This document shows positions 24,281 through 36,840 of a stretch of 64,000 nt of DNA, in pieces. The stretch comes from Camelus ferus (taxonomy: Eukaryota). The DNA lies in the NCBI RefSeq assembly GCF_009834535.1, contig NC_045696.1, positions 36,396,001 through 36,460,000 on the forward strand, written 5' to 3'. The notes beneath the pieces were generated by a model that saw only the letters and a program-made list of their open reading frames with translations, was not told where the DNA came from and searched no databases. The position numbers and the translations under genes were made by a program. The first letter of the stretch is position 1; the number at the start of each line of letters is the position of its first letter.

Positions 24281-27200
24281 CTCTGCCAGCCGTCCCAGGC
24301 AGCAGTGGAGGCATCGGGGGCAGGAAGTCGTCTCAGTAGAGGTGGCGGCTTCATTGATATGGTGACTGCAGGAACAGCTATCACAAGGAGCTGGAACAGG
24401 GAAGGGAGAAAACCAAAGGGTTATTGTTGAAAGATCTGTGTTAATGTCTGAATATGCAGGCATTACCTACAGGCTGAAAGAAGCAGTTGTAAACAACTTT
24501 AAAGGCAGCCTGGAAGTGTAGTGTCAGGACAGAAGAAATACAGTTTTGTGTTGCTTATTAGGGGCCTGGGTTTACCTAAGTCTAAAAAAGCAGGGAGATT
24601 CTTGCATAATACTGGCACTGCCTTACTCCAGACTTAACACCATAACAGTCTGAAAGAGTACCAAAAAGTTTTCAAACCTCCTTTTGGTTCCCTGTTCCAG
24701 AAAGCATGCCATAACCTTGGTCAGAAAATACTTCCTAAGTATTGTCACTGATGTTGTGTGGCTGGGGTCCTTAGGAATCACTAAGATTTTTGGAGCAAGA
24801 CATTCTAAATATGATCCTAAGAAGACACATCTGAGCTCTGTCTGAACAGTGAGATCATGAGAGAGTAGGCCTTGAAGGATGAACAAAATTTGAGTAGGAA
24901 AAAATGGGCAGGTCAATCTTAGTTGAGAAATGGACAGACTCGTGTTCGTGTGGATGATCTTGGCTTATCCAAAGTTTAAAGACCAGGGAGTGAGGTTTCA
25001 GCTGCAAGTGAAGGAGGAAGAAGGAATCTCTGTGAGAAGCTCTCAGTGCCCACAAACTTTCTAGCCCCTTATACATGACACAACTAGACAATATATGTTT
25101 TTGATCACTAAACAGCTTACTTTATATCTGCATCCCAAGAAATCAGACAACAGTTTAGTGTTCAGACTATTTCCGGTCACTGCTTTAATGACTGTCCCCT
25201 CCTGTGAGCAACACGAAGACTCTCGAGGACACTGTGGACTCTGAAGCTTCTTGCTTGTTTTCTGCTAATAACGGGGTCCATGAGTTACTGGGAACCCCTC
25301 TCAGGTTGGGGATACTGTGTCTCGGAATGTCCTGATTGGAAGAAGGGGATTGATGGATTTTCTGCTTTCCTCTAAGAATTATTTATTTATTTTTTGTACT
25401 TGACACTACTTTGAAGGTATTGAGGAACAGCAAAAATAGCACCTTGCAAGGACAGTGAGATATCAATTACTTTTAATTACTCCCCAGCTCTCTCCGTTAA
25501 TTACCTACTGTGTTAGCTGGAATTTACTGCAGAGTAATAACAGTGATGCTTTGCATTTACATAGTTCCTTTCTCCAAGGAGTTCAAAGCACTTTACAGGT
25601 AAGATTTCATTATTAATATAAAAATTAAAGACATTGAAAAATAGTTCCAAGAATAAGGAAATTGTAGTAGCTATATTCTCATTCTTCAGGTAGGATGCAG
25701 TGTAGAGATAGTTTACAGTAACAGCCAAGTTTGAGGGACCCTGATAATAAACCTTCCCCCTCTACCCTATGTTTTACATGTTTGTTTATTATACATGGCT
25801 CGTATGTTTGCGGATTAAAAAGTATTTTCCAAAATACATAAAATAAAATATCACAAGGTATTAAGTAATAATAACCCTATCAGAAGTGAAATACTTTGCT
25901 CAGTCTAAGATTTAAGTAATGGATATTGACTTTGTTTAGTCTAAAAAAATCTTTGTATAGTGGTAAAATATTTTGAAGATACCAAAAAGATAGAACTTGC
26001 ATTTTTAAGCCTGTTGATCGGAAAATACATAATTAGAAAATTTACTAAGAATTATACTGAGATAGTTAACATTTCATTTATTACCCCAAAGATTATATGA
26101 GATAAGTGAGGGTAACTCTAATTAACCTCATTCTGTAAATGCAGAATATTACTCACTCAGTCTGCATTTGATGTGCTTATATCCCTATCACTTCAGACCT
26201 TGTAACCCTATTGCTTCTCAGAGGTTTGCCTCCCAATGTTGAGAACAACAGGCCTAAGTTTTAAAACCAGTGTTTTCAGGAACATTTGCTCATATTCAGA
26301 ATAATTATGTTGAACTCAGAACAAAGAGTTGAAGAACATTATTCAGCATTCAAGAGCTCCTCAGTAGTTGGTGGGCTACCCTTCAGGGTTAAAACTACTT
26401 ATACATTAAAACAATGGAATTTACATGCTTCAGAGGTTTTCTTTCCCCTTATCTTGTCTGTTAGAATTAATAAGTTAGAAGCATTCAGCTCAGAATGGAG
26501 GCTTGATTGCATGCCTTTTGCTAAGATCTGAGACGTGAGGAGACTGCAGTCTGAGTTACTTACAGAGTAAGCACCTTTTGGACCTGAAACTGCCTTGCAT
26601 AGTTTCCATCTTTATATCTTACTGTTTGTATTTAAACATACTCTAATGCTTATAGAGATATACTAAAAATTATAAGGTTTTATATCCAGGCTAGAGGTGG
26701 TAATAAAAACTAAGTGCCTTGTTTCTAATTTATCTTATTTGAGCAGTAAATTACGGCACACAAGATCTAAAAGCATTAGGATTATCTTCTTTTAGAATTT
26801 CGTTTAGTAGTCTTCATCTCTGGTTATTGTAGCTAATCCTAGAAAACAAGTCAAGTTTTGAAAAAGGCAGTGGAATTTTGATTAGGAGGAATTTATTCTT
26901 AATTCTAGTTTAGATTTTATCTTATATTGTTTTAAGATAAAATTACTATAAATAGCAAAAAATAAATTTAGAATCTTCCTTTTAAGGGAATTAAAATGTT
27001 GGAAACAACACCTTACTTATTAGGTAAAATATTGAGAAGAAAATTCTAAATCAGTGATTGCCTCTCAATCAGTCACTTGATTATATTAATTATCTCTTAT
27101 GCCTTGGTTCTCCATTTACAGAATGAGGTTAATTATAGCTACCCTCACTTATCCCGTAGGATTTTTTAGGAGAATGGATGGAGTAATAAATATGCCAGTA

Positions 27201-28227
27201 TGTATAAAGTGAGATATTCAAAATACAAAATATAAAACACTGTAACATTATTTTAGTACAGAAATGCATTGCAAGAGGATTTTTTAAAAAGTGAGAATAT
27301 TTACTACAAAAGAAAGGTCCTCAGCATTGGATGAAAAGAAGGTAGGTGAATGGAGACAGCAGGGATGAAAAAAGGATAACTGAAAGAGAGGGGATAAGAT
27401 GATTCCAACAAGAAAAAGACTTCAAGATCTCTGATGTATCATTTAATTGGAGAGAGTTCTGTTGTCAGGTTTGGCCCTTGGGAATGACAGGGCACCGCAA
27501 GTGGGTAGAGGCCCTAGATCTCTGTGGCCCATGGAATTCTGAAGGGCAGGGGAGAGAGCAGACATTACTGGGACCTAAAGTCGACGTGTCTAAAGCTGAA
27601 ATGATTGGCTGCTCCCTTATACTAGCTTCTCCTCAATTGTTTCTCCTCTGTTGTTCAGTGAGATAGTAATTCTACTCTAAACCCAGAAATGAAGCTTTAG
27701 TCATTGTTCTCTTTTCAGCCTTCTTATCCTCCATATCCAAGAAGTCTTCAGATGCCACCAGATTTCTCCCTACATTGTCATTTCCAATTCTCTCTGCCTG
27801 TTTGATCTCAGTGCTGCCAGTGTAATTCTGCTGCTCTCTTCTTGCACCTGGTCTCCAAATTTCCAGTCATTCCCTTTTCTGATACAGAATATACCAAACC
27901 AATCACTGCTCTTAAAGAATTACTTTCATGAGGTCAACTGTCTTTTCATCAGTCTTTGGCGAATCCTCATTTGCTACTGAATGAAGTTTAGACTCTTTAG
28001 GCTACTCTTCTTGGAAGCATCAACTTTGTCTGAATCCATTTTTCCAAACTCACTGTTAGTACTCTAATCACACTGACCTCGTACCTTCTCCCTTAATACT
28101 TTGGTTCATTCTCATTTGGAGGCTTTATTCCAGCTATTCCTCTCCACTTGGAACTCCTACTCTTGAACACTTTTTAAAAATTTTTTTAAATTCAGCAAGT
28201 CCTTCAAGGTTCCTTTCAAATTCTGAC

Positions 28228-28400
28228 ATTGGTGTGTTGGAGCCTGAGTCAAGTGTTCACATCTCTTCTCCGCTCTGTGTTCAGGGACATCTCATTAGTC
28301 GTTTCAAATCAGCATGAAGGGAATATTTACACAATTGGCAAATAGTAAAAATCAGGTGTCCCTCCCCAACCAGAACCAGTTTTAAGCCAGCTTATCTCTG
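28228..28400 (+). mobile_element. hAT-Blackjack MITE, MER63A-like, within an L2 remnant
   Basis: 'tggtgtgttggagcc...cacatctcttctccgctctgtgttcagggacatc...aatatttacacaattggcaaat...aaatcagg'. Confidence 0.65.
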
Positions 28401-28974
28401 CTACTACCTCTAAATCTTTGACTCTTCTCACTGACTTACTTTTTGTATCACTCACTAAAACCCTTCTTTATATAATAAAATAAATACTTTAAAATTTGTT
28501 AATTTATAGCTTTACTTCCTAATCTGATTGTCTTTTGAAGTTCATTGGCCAAGGCCCACATTGTGTATCTTTCTCAGTATGAGGAAGGGTGCTTACTGAA
28601 TGAAAACTAAAGCATTAGTACAATGCTTCTTGGCTTCTCTGACTCTCAGGATTATTGTCTTTTACAAATTCAGAAATTATGTCTAATTAATTTTTTTTCT
28701 ATCTATCCAGTGCCTAGTATGATGACTTCGCTTACATGTATCCCAAACTTTTTTTTGGAATCACCTCTGTATGTTCATGGTGGGTGCCAATGAAGAGCTA
28801 TATTAAAGTGGATTTTTTTACATTTTATTCCAAACGTAACCAAATTGAAGGTATAACTTTATCTGATAATCTCATAATTTAACACTGATCCAGTATCTTT
28901 GATGCTGATTTAAATTTGTAAGTGTCCTGCAGATATAATTCGGATGTCTGGTAGGTGAATAAAGTTATCAACTA

Positions 28975-29220
28975 GCCACATGTATTCAGCATTTACTATG
29001 TGCCTAACACCATGTTAAGATTTTTACATATATTTCCTCATTTAATTCCAGTATCATTTTTCTGAGGTGAGTACCATTAATCTGTTCATTTTACAAATGA
29101 TGAAATTGGCTCCAGCATAGTTATGTGACTGTACTCAGTAGCACCAGCTCATTAAATGATGGGATGTTTTTTCCAAGACATTCTGGTTCCAGAATTCTCA
29201 TCTTTACTACTATGTACCTT
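28975..29220 (-). mobile_element. MIR SINE
   Basis: 'agcatttactatgtgcc...ctcatttaattcc...cattttacaaatgatgaaattggctc'. Confidence 0.7.
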
Positions 29221-31349
29221 AATTCCACATAATAACAGCTCTATAGTGGTGGTATTGTATTTTCAATGTTTGACCATACCCAAGTCAGGAAAATTCTGAA
29301 TATTAACCTGAAATTTTTGAGCCAGTCTCTTAATAATACTTCTTTTGATTAGTGAAGTTTTATTTTCAGCCTACTCTACTATTTCATTTTAAAGTGAAAA
29401 AAAATATTGTTTGTTAAGGAATCATTTAGGAGCCTCTGAAAACAATTTTTGATGGAGGGCTTATTTGTGCCTAGTGCCATCCCAGATGGTCTGGTGATTA
29501 AAAGGGGATGGGGAGATAGGATACCTTTCCTCAAAGACTTGATAAGCTAGTTGAGAAATATCAATTAGCACCATGGAACAATTAGAAAACAATTAGGTGG
29601 TAATTTCTGTGGTACTAACTGATAGAATTCAAAAATTAGGAGGTAACAGTAAAGGCAAAAAACCCCAAAAACCTGGTAAAGATGTCAAAGAAGTGGGAAT
29701 GGAAGCTTGGAGGTTGGTTTTGGAGAGGGGCAGATGAGAGGCTATACTGAAGAGGAGAAAAACAATAAGTGAATGTGCTGAGGCAGAAAATGAACATGAT
29801 CTGTTTGGAGACTCATTTCTGAGGCTCTGAAATCTCTGAATACTACCCCTCATGTTGAGTTTTAATGCCATTGACTTTCAACATCATTTGTACAAATCAT
29901 AGAACTTCAAGGTCATGACTTATTTTATCCAGAAGAAACAGTTGCTGTGCTGACAAGGAAAGTCAAATTAAATGCAGTGTTTACATTTTTATTCTGTTAC
30001 ACATGGAGGCACCCAGCTACTCCGAGCATGCATTTGCTCTCCTTGCTCCTTGATCTCTTCTTGGTGCCTGGCAACTGAAAGCGCTGGGGCCTTTGACAGA
30101 AAGCACTGAAGCCTTTGCCTGGGAGGCAGTGCTGCAGGCTTGAGAACTGTTGTTTCTGAGCTAGCTATTTATTTATTTATTGATTGATTGATTGATTTAG
30201 CAAACTCAATTTATTACATTGGAGTCTGTGATTTCATACGAGAGAGACAGTCAGTATCTCCACAATGTTTTAAAGTCATTTTCCCTGGTGATTCAGCAAG
30301 CGCCTGACTGCCCTCTGCTCTTCTTCTATTTGTCTTGTTTTGTTTCTAGACAGGATTCCCAAGTTCACCCTCAGATTTGGTTAAGTGTAGTAAAGTGCTT
30401 CTCCTTCTATCCTAGGCAGTCTTTTCTCTGCTTCTGGCACCTTGTTGGGTAAACAAATGTTCCAGTCTAATTTACAGTGACAGGTTTTTGTGAAAGTGTT
30501 CTTCTCTGGAGCCAACATAGGAGCACATGCACTGATCTGGAAGCAGTTGCTTTCTTGTCTGGGTATTTCCCAAATGACTTGCTTATTCAGTGACCTCCTA
30601 CCTCTTTCCTTCTTAGCCTCCTTGGTTGCCTGCAATCCTTTCAGATCAGTGGGCTGCTTTTCTTACTAGCATGATAAGAGACTGGAGGAGACTACAGTGA
30701 TAACCTTCTGTCCTCCTCCTCATTCATGAGCATCTCCCTTTCTTTTCTGGCGCATTTTAATTCATTTAGTAACTCACTCTTTCCTAGGTCTCCACTTGCC
30801 CCTTGTTTGTTTTTCCTGTGGGAGATAGTTGTTTACTAGCCTCTGGTTGGATTCCCTCCAAAGTTCTTAATAATGAATCTGGTTCTGTTATAGATCTGAG
30901 TCAATACCTTAATGAAATTTTATAGTAAGAGATTAATCCATCCAAATTGTAACATTCTCTTAAGATTCTTCATAACAGGGGTTTCACTTGAATGCTAGAT
31001 GTAGCAGGTTCTTTTTGTTCCACATGGGGCTCTCGACTTTCAGCTCGTAACAGCAAGATGTTGGGATGTATTTTCTTAGGTGTGAAATCTGAGTCACCCC
31101 TTCCAGGCTGATGGCAAAATATGCTGTTGCTGGCTTACTCATTTCTTAAGAGCTCTTCCCCAGACAACATTTGAAAAATCCCTGAGAAATTAATCATAGA
31201 AGAGTTTCAGCTTTGGAAAGACCAGTGCTCTCTGACATGAGAAAATAACTAGAAACAGTGGGATCTCTGGATGAGTATAAAAATATGTTTGTGTGCCTAG
31301 GGTGTAGTTAGAGTTGTTGACCATAAGAGGTGTGCTGATGTTTTAAAAT

Positions 31350-31867
31350 GTGCCTGGGACTTGTTTTAATCAGGTACAGTAAGACACACACAAGACATAG
31401 AAATTACTGTCATGAAGAAATTTTTATACTCACAGATCCCTAGAAACATGAAGCATGGTATTCTACATAAGATCACTTGGAAAAATAATAGAGCTGGTCA
31501 GGAGGCAGAGGGAACAGAGGCAAGGTGGGCAGGAACTTTTATTGTGGTTTTTGAGGGCAGAACCTGGTGAGCCAGGGTAAGCAGGTTTAGGATTGGCTAG
31601 TTTGAATAATTTGGGTGTGCTCTGGGGCAAAGGGGCTGTTCTGGCCCTGGGGTAGATGGATAGTGGCTGGAGTCTAAGAGCTAGATAGAGGAGGCAGTTG
31701 TGGTTTAGGGGTTTTGGATTGATTGATTTGCATTTGAAAGGCACACTTCCAGTTGGGTTGTTAGCTATCTCTAGTGATTAGCTAACACTGGGATGGGCAG
31801 TCCCTTCCAGTGTCAGCAAAGCTGCAAGATGTTAAAGCGCAAGAATATTAAATTATGGTGTTAAATG
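31350..31867 (-). mobile_element. ERVL solo LTR, MER74A-like
   Basis: 'gcaggtttaggattggctagtttgaataattt', 'ttggattgattgatttgcatttgaaaggc', 'gctatctctagtgattagctaacactgggatgggcagtcccttccag' match antisense MER74. Confidence 0.75.
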
Positions 31868-32544
31868 TGATAATTAAATAAGGATAATATTTAAAAAATG
31901 TTTCTGGGAAAAACAACACCAACAAAGCTCAACCTGATTTGTAGCACTTGCTGAACTCTATAGCAGCTTAAGCAAATCTATGTATGATTTACCCAAGTCC
32001 ATTTTAGGGACAGCTCTGATATGGCTATGCAGGAGTGCTTAAATAAAGGAGAAATTAGAGTTAAGATGATATGTAGGGGGTAATGTTGGCCTCCCACTGT
32101 AATCAGCAGAGGCTCACCATAGTTTTGGGAATGGATTTCAGTCATGATCAAAGTTTAGGATTTCCTCCCTATGAATGATGACTCATGTTTATCCTCTGTG
32201 CAAACCACGCATGCATTTACAGTAGCATTTACAGTGATGAAAAGTTACCTAATATGGGCTAGAGAATGGAAGCATAGAATTAAAATTTTCCTTAAGAATT
32301 TTAGGAAGTAAAGACCAGTTTCTGGAGAACTTTACTTTTACCAGCTATAAAGTAAGAAAGTGAACTGAAAATTCTATTCTGAACTATTTTTAACCCATGA
32401 AATTTAGAACTTTAAAAATAAAATTTAAAATAATTTGCCTCGGATAGTACACTTCATGTTTTTAAAGATACTTGTAAGTGGGAATCTCAGTATCTTCACA
32501 AACTTACAAGTACCTCCTATAGATGTTTTTTAAAAAGTTAAAGA

Positions 32545-33105
32545 AGAAAAATAGATACGACCCAGAGAAACTTGTGCACATTTGTACTAGGGTGCATTAT
32601 AAGAATACTCAGAGCAGAATTGCTTACAATATCCCCAAACTGGAAACAAACCAGATGTCTGTCAGCATTAGAGTAGATACATTGTGCACATTTATATGAT
32701 GAAATGGTACAACGTGTATACATAAGTGAACAAACTACAACCCCATTCAACAATGTGGATGAATTACATAAAAATAATGTTGAAAAAAGAAGCAAGTCAC
32801 AAAATATTACGTTATGTTCAAAAGACACAAGTAAACTATATTTTTAGAGATAAATACATTGACAATAATAGTATAAAGAAAAAGAAGAAATATTAAAATA
32901 AAAGTCATGGTGATAGTTATCCCCAAAGGAGAAATAGGGGTAAGTTCGAGAAGAAATTCGTGAGGGACACCTACAGGACCATCAGTGCCCCAGTGTGTTG
33001 GCTTGGGTGGTAGATACACAGATGTTTGCTTTATATTTATGCACCATTGTATGTACTGGTGTTTAATATACTTTTTGTACATATGGTATTCCATGTTAAG
33101 AGTGG
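32545..33105 (+). mobile_element. Old L1 (L1MC/ME-type) 3' end
   Basis: 'ccccaaactggaaacaaaccagatgtc', 'aatgtggatgaattacataaaaataatgttgaaaaaagaagcaagtcacaaaa'. Confidence 0.8.
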
Positions 33106-33122
33106 TTAAAAATTACTTTAGA

Positions 33123-33226
33123 GGGGAGTGGGTATAGTTCAGTTGTAGAGCTCATGCTTAGCATGCATGAGGTCTTAGCATGCATGAGGTCCTGGGTTCA
33201 ATCCTCAGTACCTCCACTAAATTTTT
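33123..33226 (+). mobile_element. Vic-1-type tRNA-derived SINE with internal 17-bp tandem duplication
   Basis: ggggagtgggtatagttcagttgtagagctcatg(cttagcatgcatgaggt)x2 cctgggttcaatcctcagtacctcca. Perfect 17-bp TSD ttaaaaattactttaga at 33106-33122 and 33227-33243. Confidence 0.9.
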
Positions 33227-34799
33227 TTAAAAATTACTTTAGAAAGAATTCCTTAATCTGTTATTCTTTGGATGAGATAACCCAACATATCTATTTACCG
33301 TGAAGAATGTAAACAAAGAAAAAGGGCAGCTTTATATTAAAGATTAATCAAAACTTTACAGTCATTAACAACCAAGTTTTTAATGCCTTGTTGAACAGAA
33401 TTCCTTGAAAATACTGCTCTTATAAATTTGCCAGACTATTAAGATGGAAGTCAAAGTTTGTTCTGAGACTGGTTCTTGTGTGTTTTCAATAGTGTTTCAC
33501 TTTTGAGGGTACTTGTACTGTGAATATTACATAAAGAATACATCTCTTTGAAGTGCTTTACAGAAGGTGATGGCGTATATTATGTACTTTCAAGAATATA
33601 CCAGTATAATTGCTCTTTGTTTATCTACTGTTTAAGGGAAAAATGGTCCATTAACAAAGTAGGTATTTGGACTTATTAATGCTATCTCCATGTGTTATGC
33701 TTTTGCAAGAACATAAAATATACGGTCATTTGATAAAATGCATGTTAGTGGTCAAGAAAAAGTTTTTCAATTCCCTAAGGTGAATTCCTATGTATTAAAT
33801 ATTAATATTTCTTTGATCTGCCAATGTATGCACCTCTAATGCATCCCCTTTGCTGATCACAGTATTCTTTTCTGTTTATTAAAAGAAATACAGGATGTGT
33901 ACTCTTTTTAACCTTAAGTATTTTTAAAGGATAGGCAGTTTTCCCTGATTTGTCAATAAGATTTAAAAAAGAACAATAGAAGTAATAATTATGAAACTGA
34001 TTTAGCTGTATAGTATGTTGAATGGCTGAAACGTTAGAGCTTTCTTTATGTTTTAAATAGTTTGAACTCTTTTCATTTTATAGCTGCTGAAAATTAATAC
34101 TACAGGATCACAGATCAGTTACAGAAGATGGTCTAGGGATGAGGAAATGAATGCCAAGCCAAAGAAGGGGTTAACACAAGCCTATGGCATTAACGGGACG
34201 ATTCAAAGCTGAGAAGTCAAGATTCAAACACAAGTTCAAAGGTCTTTTCTACTAAATCACAAGTTCCCCCTCCCAAACCAAAGCCATCAGTGCTTGAGGA
34301 AACTTTTCTTTGACACCAGCTCCTTTCTCTCCTTCCTCACCAATTTGTCTCCTCACACTGGGCCTCTGAAGTTGAGTTCATGACTGTCTAATTTGAGCCT
34401 CATCCCTTTCTCCAGCTAGAGTGTGTATGAAAGAGAGAAGACTGAGAAATTTCTGGAGCCCTGAGGGCTGTTTTTTCATTAGCATAAATGTAAGCACCCA
34501 GGACAACAGAGGAGTCAGCAGCAGATGCTGATAAGATCCCCTCTTGTTCAGCAGATTCAGAAATGGAATTAATTTTTAATACCACGTATTAGCTGCCATC
34601 TAATACATAGGTAATCTCTTTGCGGTCCCTTCAGTAAGCACAGATGCTGCTGCTAGAGAAAGTGGAAGTCAGCCGGATCTAGTGGGAAGTCTTCCACCTT
34701 TTCCTAGGATAGGCATTGTGGTCTGAATTTTGCTGGCATGTTCTTGTAGGACACTCAATAACTGTTAGCTCTATTAGGGTATGGCTGAGTGAGTGGATC

Positions 34800-34990
34800 A
34801 TGGTATAGTGGGGAAGCACTGGACTGGAAGTCAGAGAAATTGAAATCTGGCTCTTGGCTTTTTTGCTAAACAACGATGTGAGTATAAATAAATCATTGAC
34901 TGTCTTGGTTTCAGTTTACTTATTTGTGTAAACAAATTAACAGGTGAATCTGATGATTTCTAAGATACTGTTAGGTAGTTCTCTGTTTCT
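34800..34990 (+). mobile_element. MIR SINE
   Basis: 'atggtatagtggggaagcactggactggaagtcagaga...tcagtttacttatttgtgtaaa'. Confidence 0.65.
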
Positions 34991-35129
34991 TAGACACTGA
35001 ATACTGAATATCACTCATTATCTTATTTATTCAAAGTAAAAAGAAAATAACTGTGCTTTAATTCAGTGATTTAAATAGGGCATAGTCTTTAATATCTGAA
35101 GGCCAGTTACCTGACATTTTTATTGTATA

Positions 35130-35375
35130 TAATAATAACAAGTACAATTTATAGAGCCCTTGGTATGTTTCAGGTACTTTATTAAGTACTTGATAAATAC
35201 TGTCTCATTTAATCCTTTATGAATTAGTTATCATCATAATTTTATAGATGATGGGACTCGGGCTTTGAGAGTTTGAGTAACTTCACCAAGGCCTAGAAGC
35301 TCTCCTGATTGGTAAAACATGGCTTCAGCTCATTTCTGTATTACTCAGAGGCTGTGCACTCTGGCACAACCACTG
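35130..35375 (-). mobile_element. MIR SINE
   Basis: 'tctcatttaatcct...attttatagatgatgggactcgggctttgagagtttgagtaactt'. Confidence 0.7.
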
Positions 35376-35604
35376 CTCCTGAATGAACTTAATAATACAG
35401 GGTCATCAGGGGGAATTACTGCATCGAGATAGGAGGGTTTAAAGTAATTCTAACCTTTTTTTTTTTGAATTTTAAAAGGTAATGCATAGTTATATTCTTA
35501 GCTTAAAATTCAAAGTAACACATGTTAAAATGTGAAATTTCCTCTTTACCCACCCTTCCACTCCTACTTTGCTTCCCAACAGTATAATTGTTATCTATAG
35601 TCTA

Positions 35605-35945
35605 GTTTGGGAGGTGGCCGTTAGTGACTGAAAAGAAACACAAGGGGCCCTTTGAAGTGATACTTATGTTCTGATTCTTAATCTGGGTACTTGGTCACCG
35701 AGATGTGCCCATTTTTTTTTTTTTTAATTGAAGTACTGTCAGTTACAATGTGTCAGTTTCTGCTGTACAGCACAATGTCCCAGTCAGGCATATACATACA
35801 TATATTCATTTTCATATTTTTTCATTAAAGGTTATTATACGGTATTGAACATAGTTCCCCATTTTGTGAGATATATCAGGCTATACATTTATGGTTTGTA
35901 TACTTTGTGTGTGTACATAATATTCCAGTGAAAAGCTTAACAAAG
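35605..35945 (+). mobile_element. Old L1 3' terminal fragment interrupted by a younger L1
   Basis: 'tgactgaaaagaaacacaaggggccc...tatgttctgattcttaatctgggt' continues after the insertion as 'cattttgtgagatatatcaggctatacatttatg'. Confidence 0.65.
35712..35857 (-). mobile_element. Younger 5'-truncated L1 3' end
   Basis: PolyT followed by 'aattgaagtactgtcagttacaatgtgtcagtttctgctgtacagc'; TSD-like cccatttt at 35708-35715 and 35858-35865. Confidence 0.8.
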
Positions 35946-36444
35946 AAAGCGCCATATTGCACAAACATACTATACTGTTGCTTGTCCCAGAGCCTCCTGT
36001 TTGGGAAATTATGGAAAAAGTTTTGTAAAAATTGGGTTCTCTCTTTATTCCTTGAGGATTAATGACCCTACCCTGTAATTTCTGGAATCCACTTTGGTTA
36101 TACCATTTGTTGAGAGCCTCCTACGTACTTGGCAGGCTCTGTACAATGTGTTTCTGCATGTCAGGTTGCCCATACTCTCAGAAGAATACCAAAATCAAAC
36201 TGTGTTTAGTTTTTAACCTGAATTGAACTCAAATCTCAAATTTTTGCGACAGGTGTTGTCAGGAGGTATACCTCTTCCCATTTATCTGATTTCCACGAGG
36301 AAGGATTTCACTTAGAGTAGTGTATCTATCTCCATGAAACTCCGAGTGGCAGCTTTTGGTATACGAAGCCTAGCATCTTCCATTTCATGTCTCTTAGGAG
36401 GCCAGCATGCTAACACAGAGCTCCTGTCCTCTGTTGGTCTTGGT

Positions 36445-36840
36445 CTTGGAGATATTCACTGTTTCTGCTCACCAACATCCAGTCCTCTTCTCTGGACATA
36501 GAGGAGGCTAAATTTACTTGTGGGGCCGTATTATTAGCTTTGGCCACTGGGTTGGGATTGACAGTGGTGTGATTCACTTTTGGAGCAGAGCATGTTATTG
36601 CCAGAAAACCAGAGAGACTTCCCAGAGCCCTGTCTTATCTTTCTACAATAACAATCAGTGAAGTCTGAGATGGTGCTTGCTCCTTCAGTCTGGGTCTGAG
36701 AGAGAAGACCAGAACGTAGAGCAGTCTCATCTGACCTGCGATGGACATGTTAAGTGAGCAAGACGTATACCTTCAAGCCACTGAGCTTTTGGGGGTCATT
36801 TGGTGCTGCAGGATAACCCAGACTTTTCTGACCTACAGCC
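36445..36840 (+). mobile_element. Old MaLR LTR (MLT1-like)
   Basis: 'gacctgcgatggacatgttaagtgagcaag...aagccactgagcttttgggggtcatttggtgctgcag'. Confidence 0.6.

Noticed and set aside
24008..24463. Longest ORFs (140, 108 and 71 aa) spanning the gap
   Set aside because: Artefacts of reading through 100 Ns.
26137..26169. 9-bp stem aaatgcaga...tctgcattt as a structured RNA
   Set aside because: The stem is too short and expected by chance in AT-rich DNA.
33123..33217. tRNA gene (also 7163-7240, minus)
   Set aside because: A and B boxes are present, but TSDs, A-rich tails and a mutated or duplicated cloverleaf mark these as SINEs.
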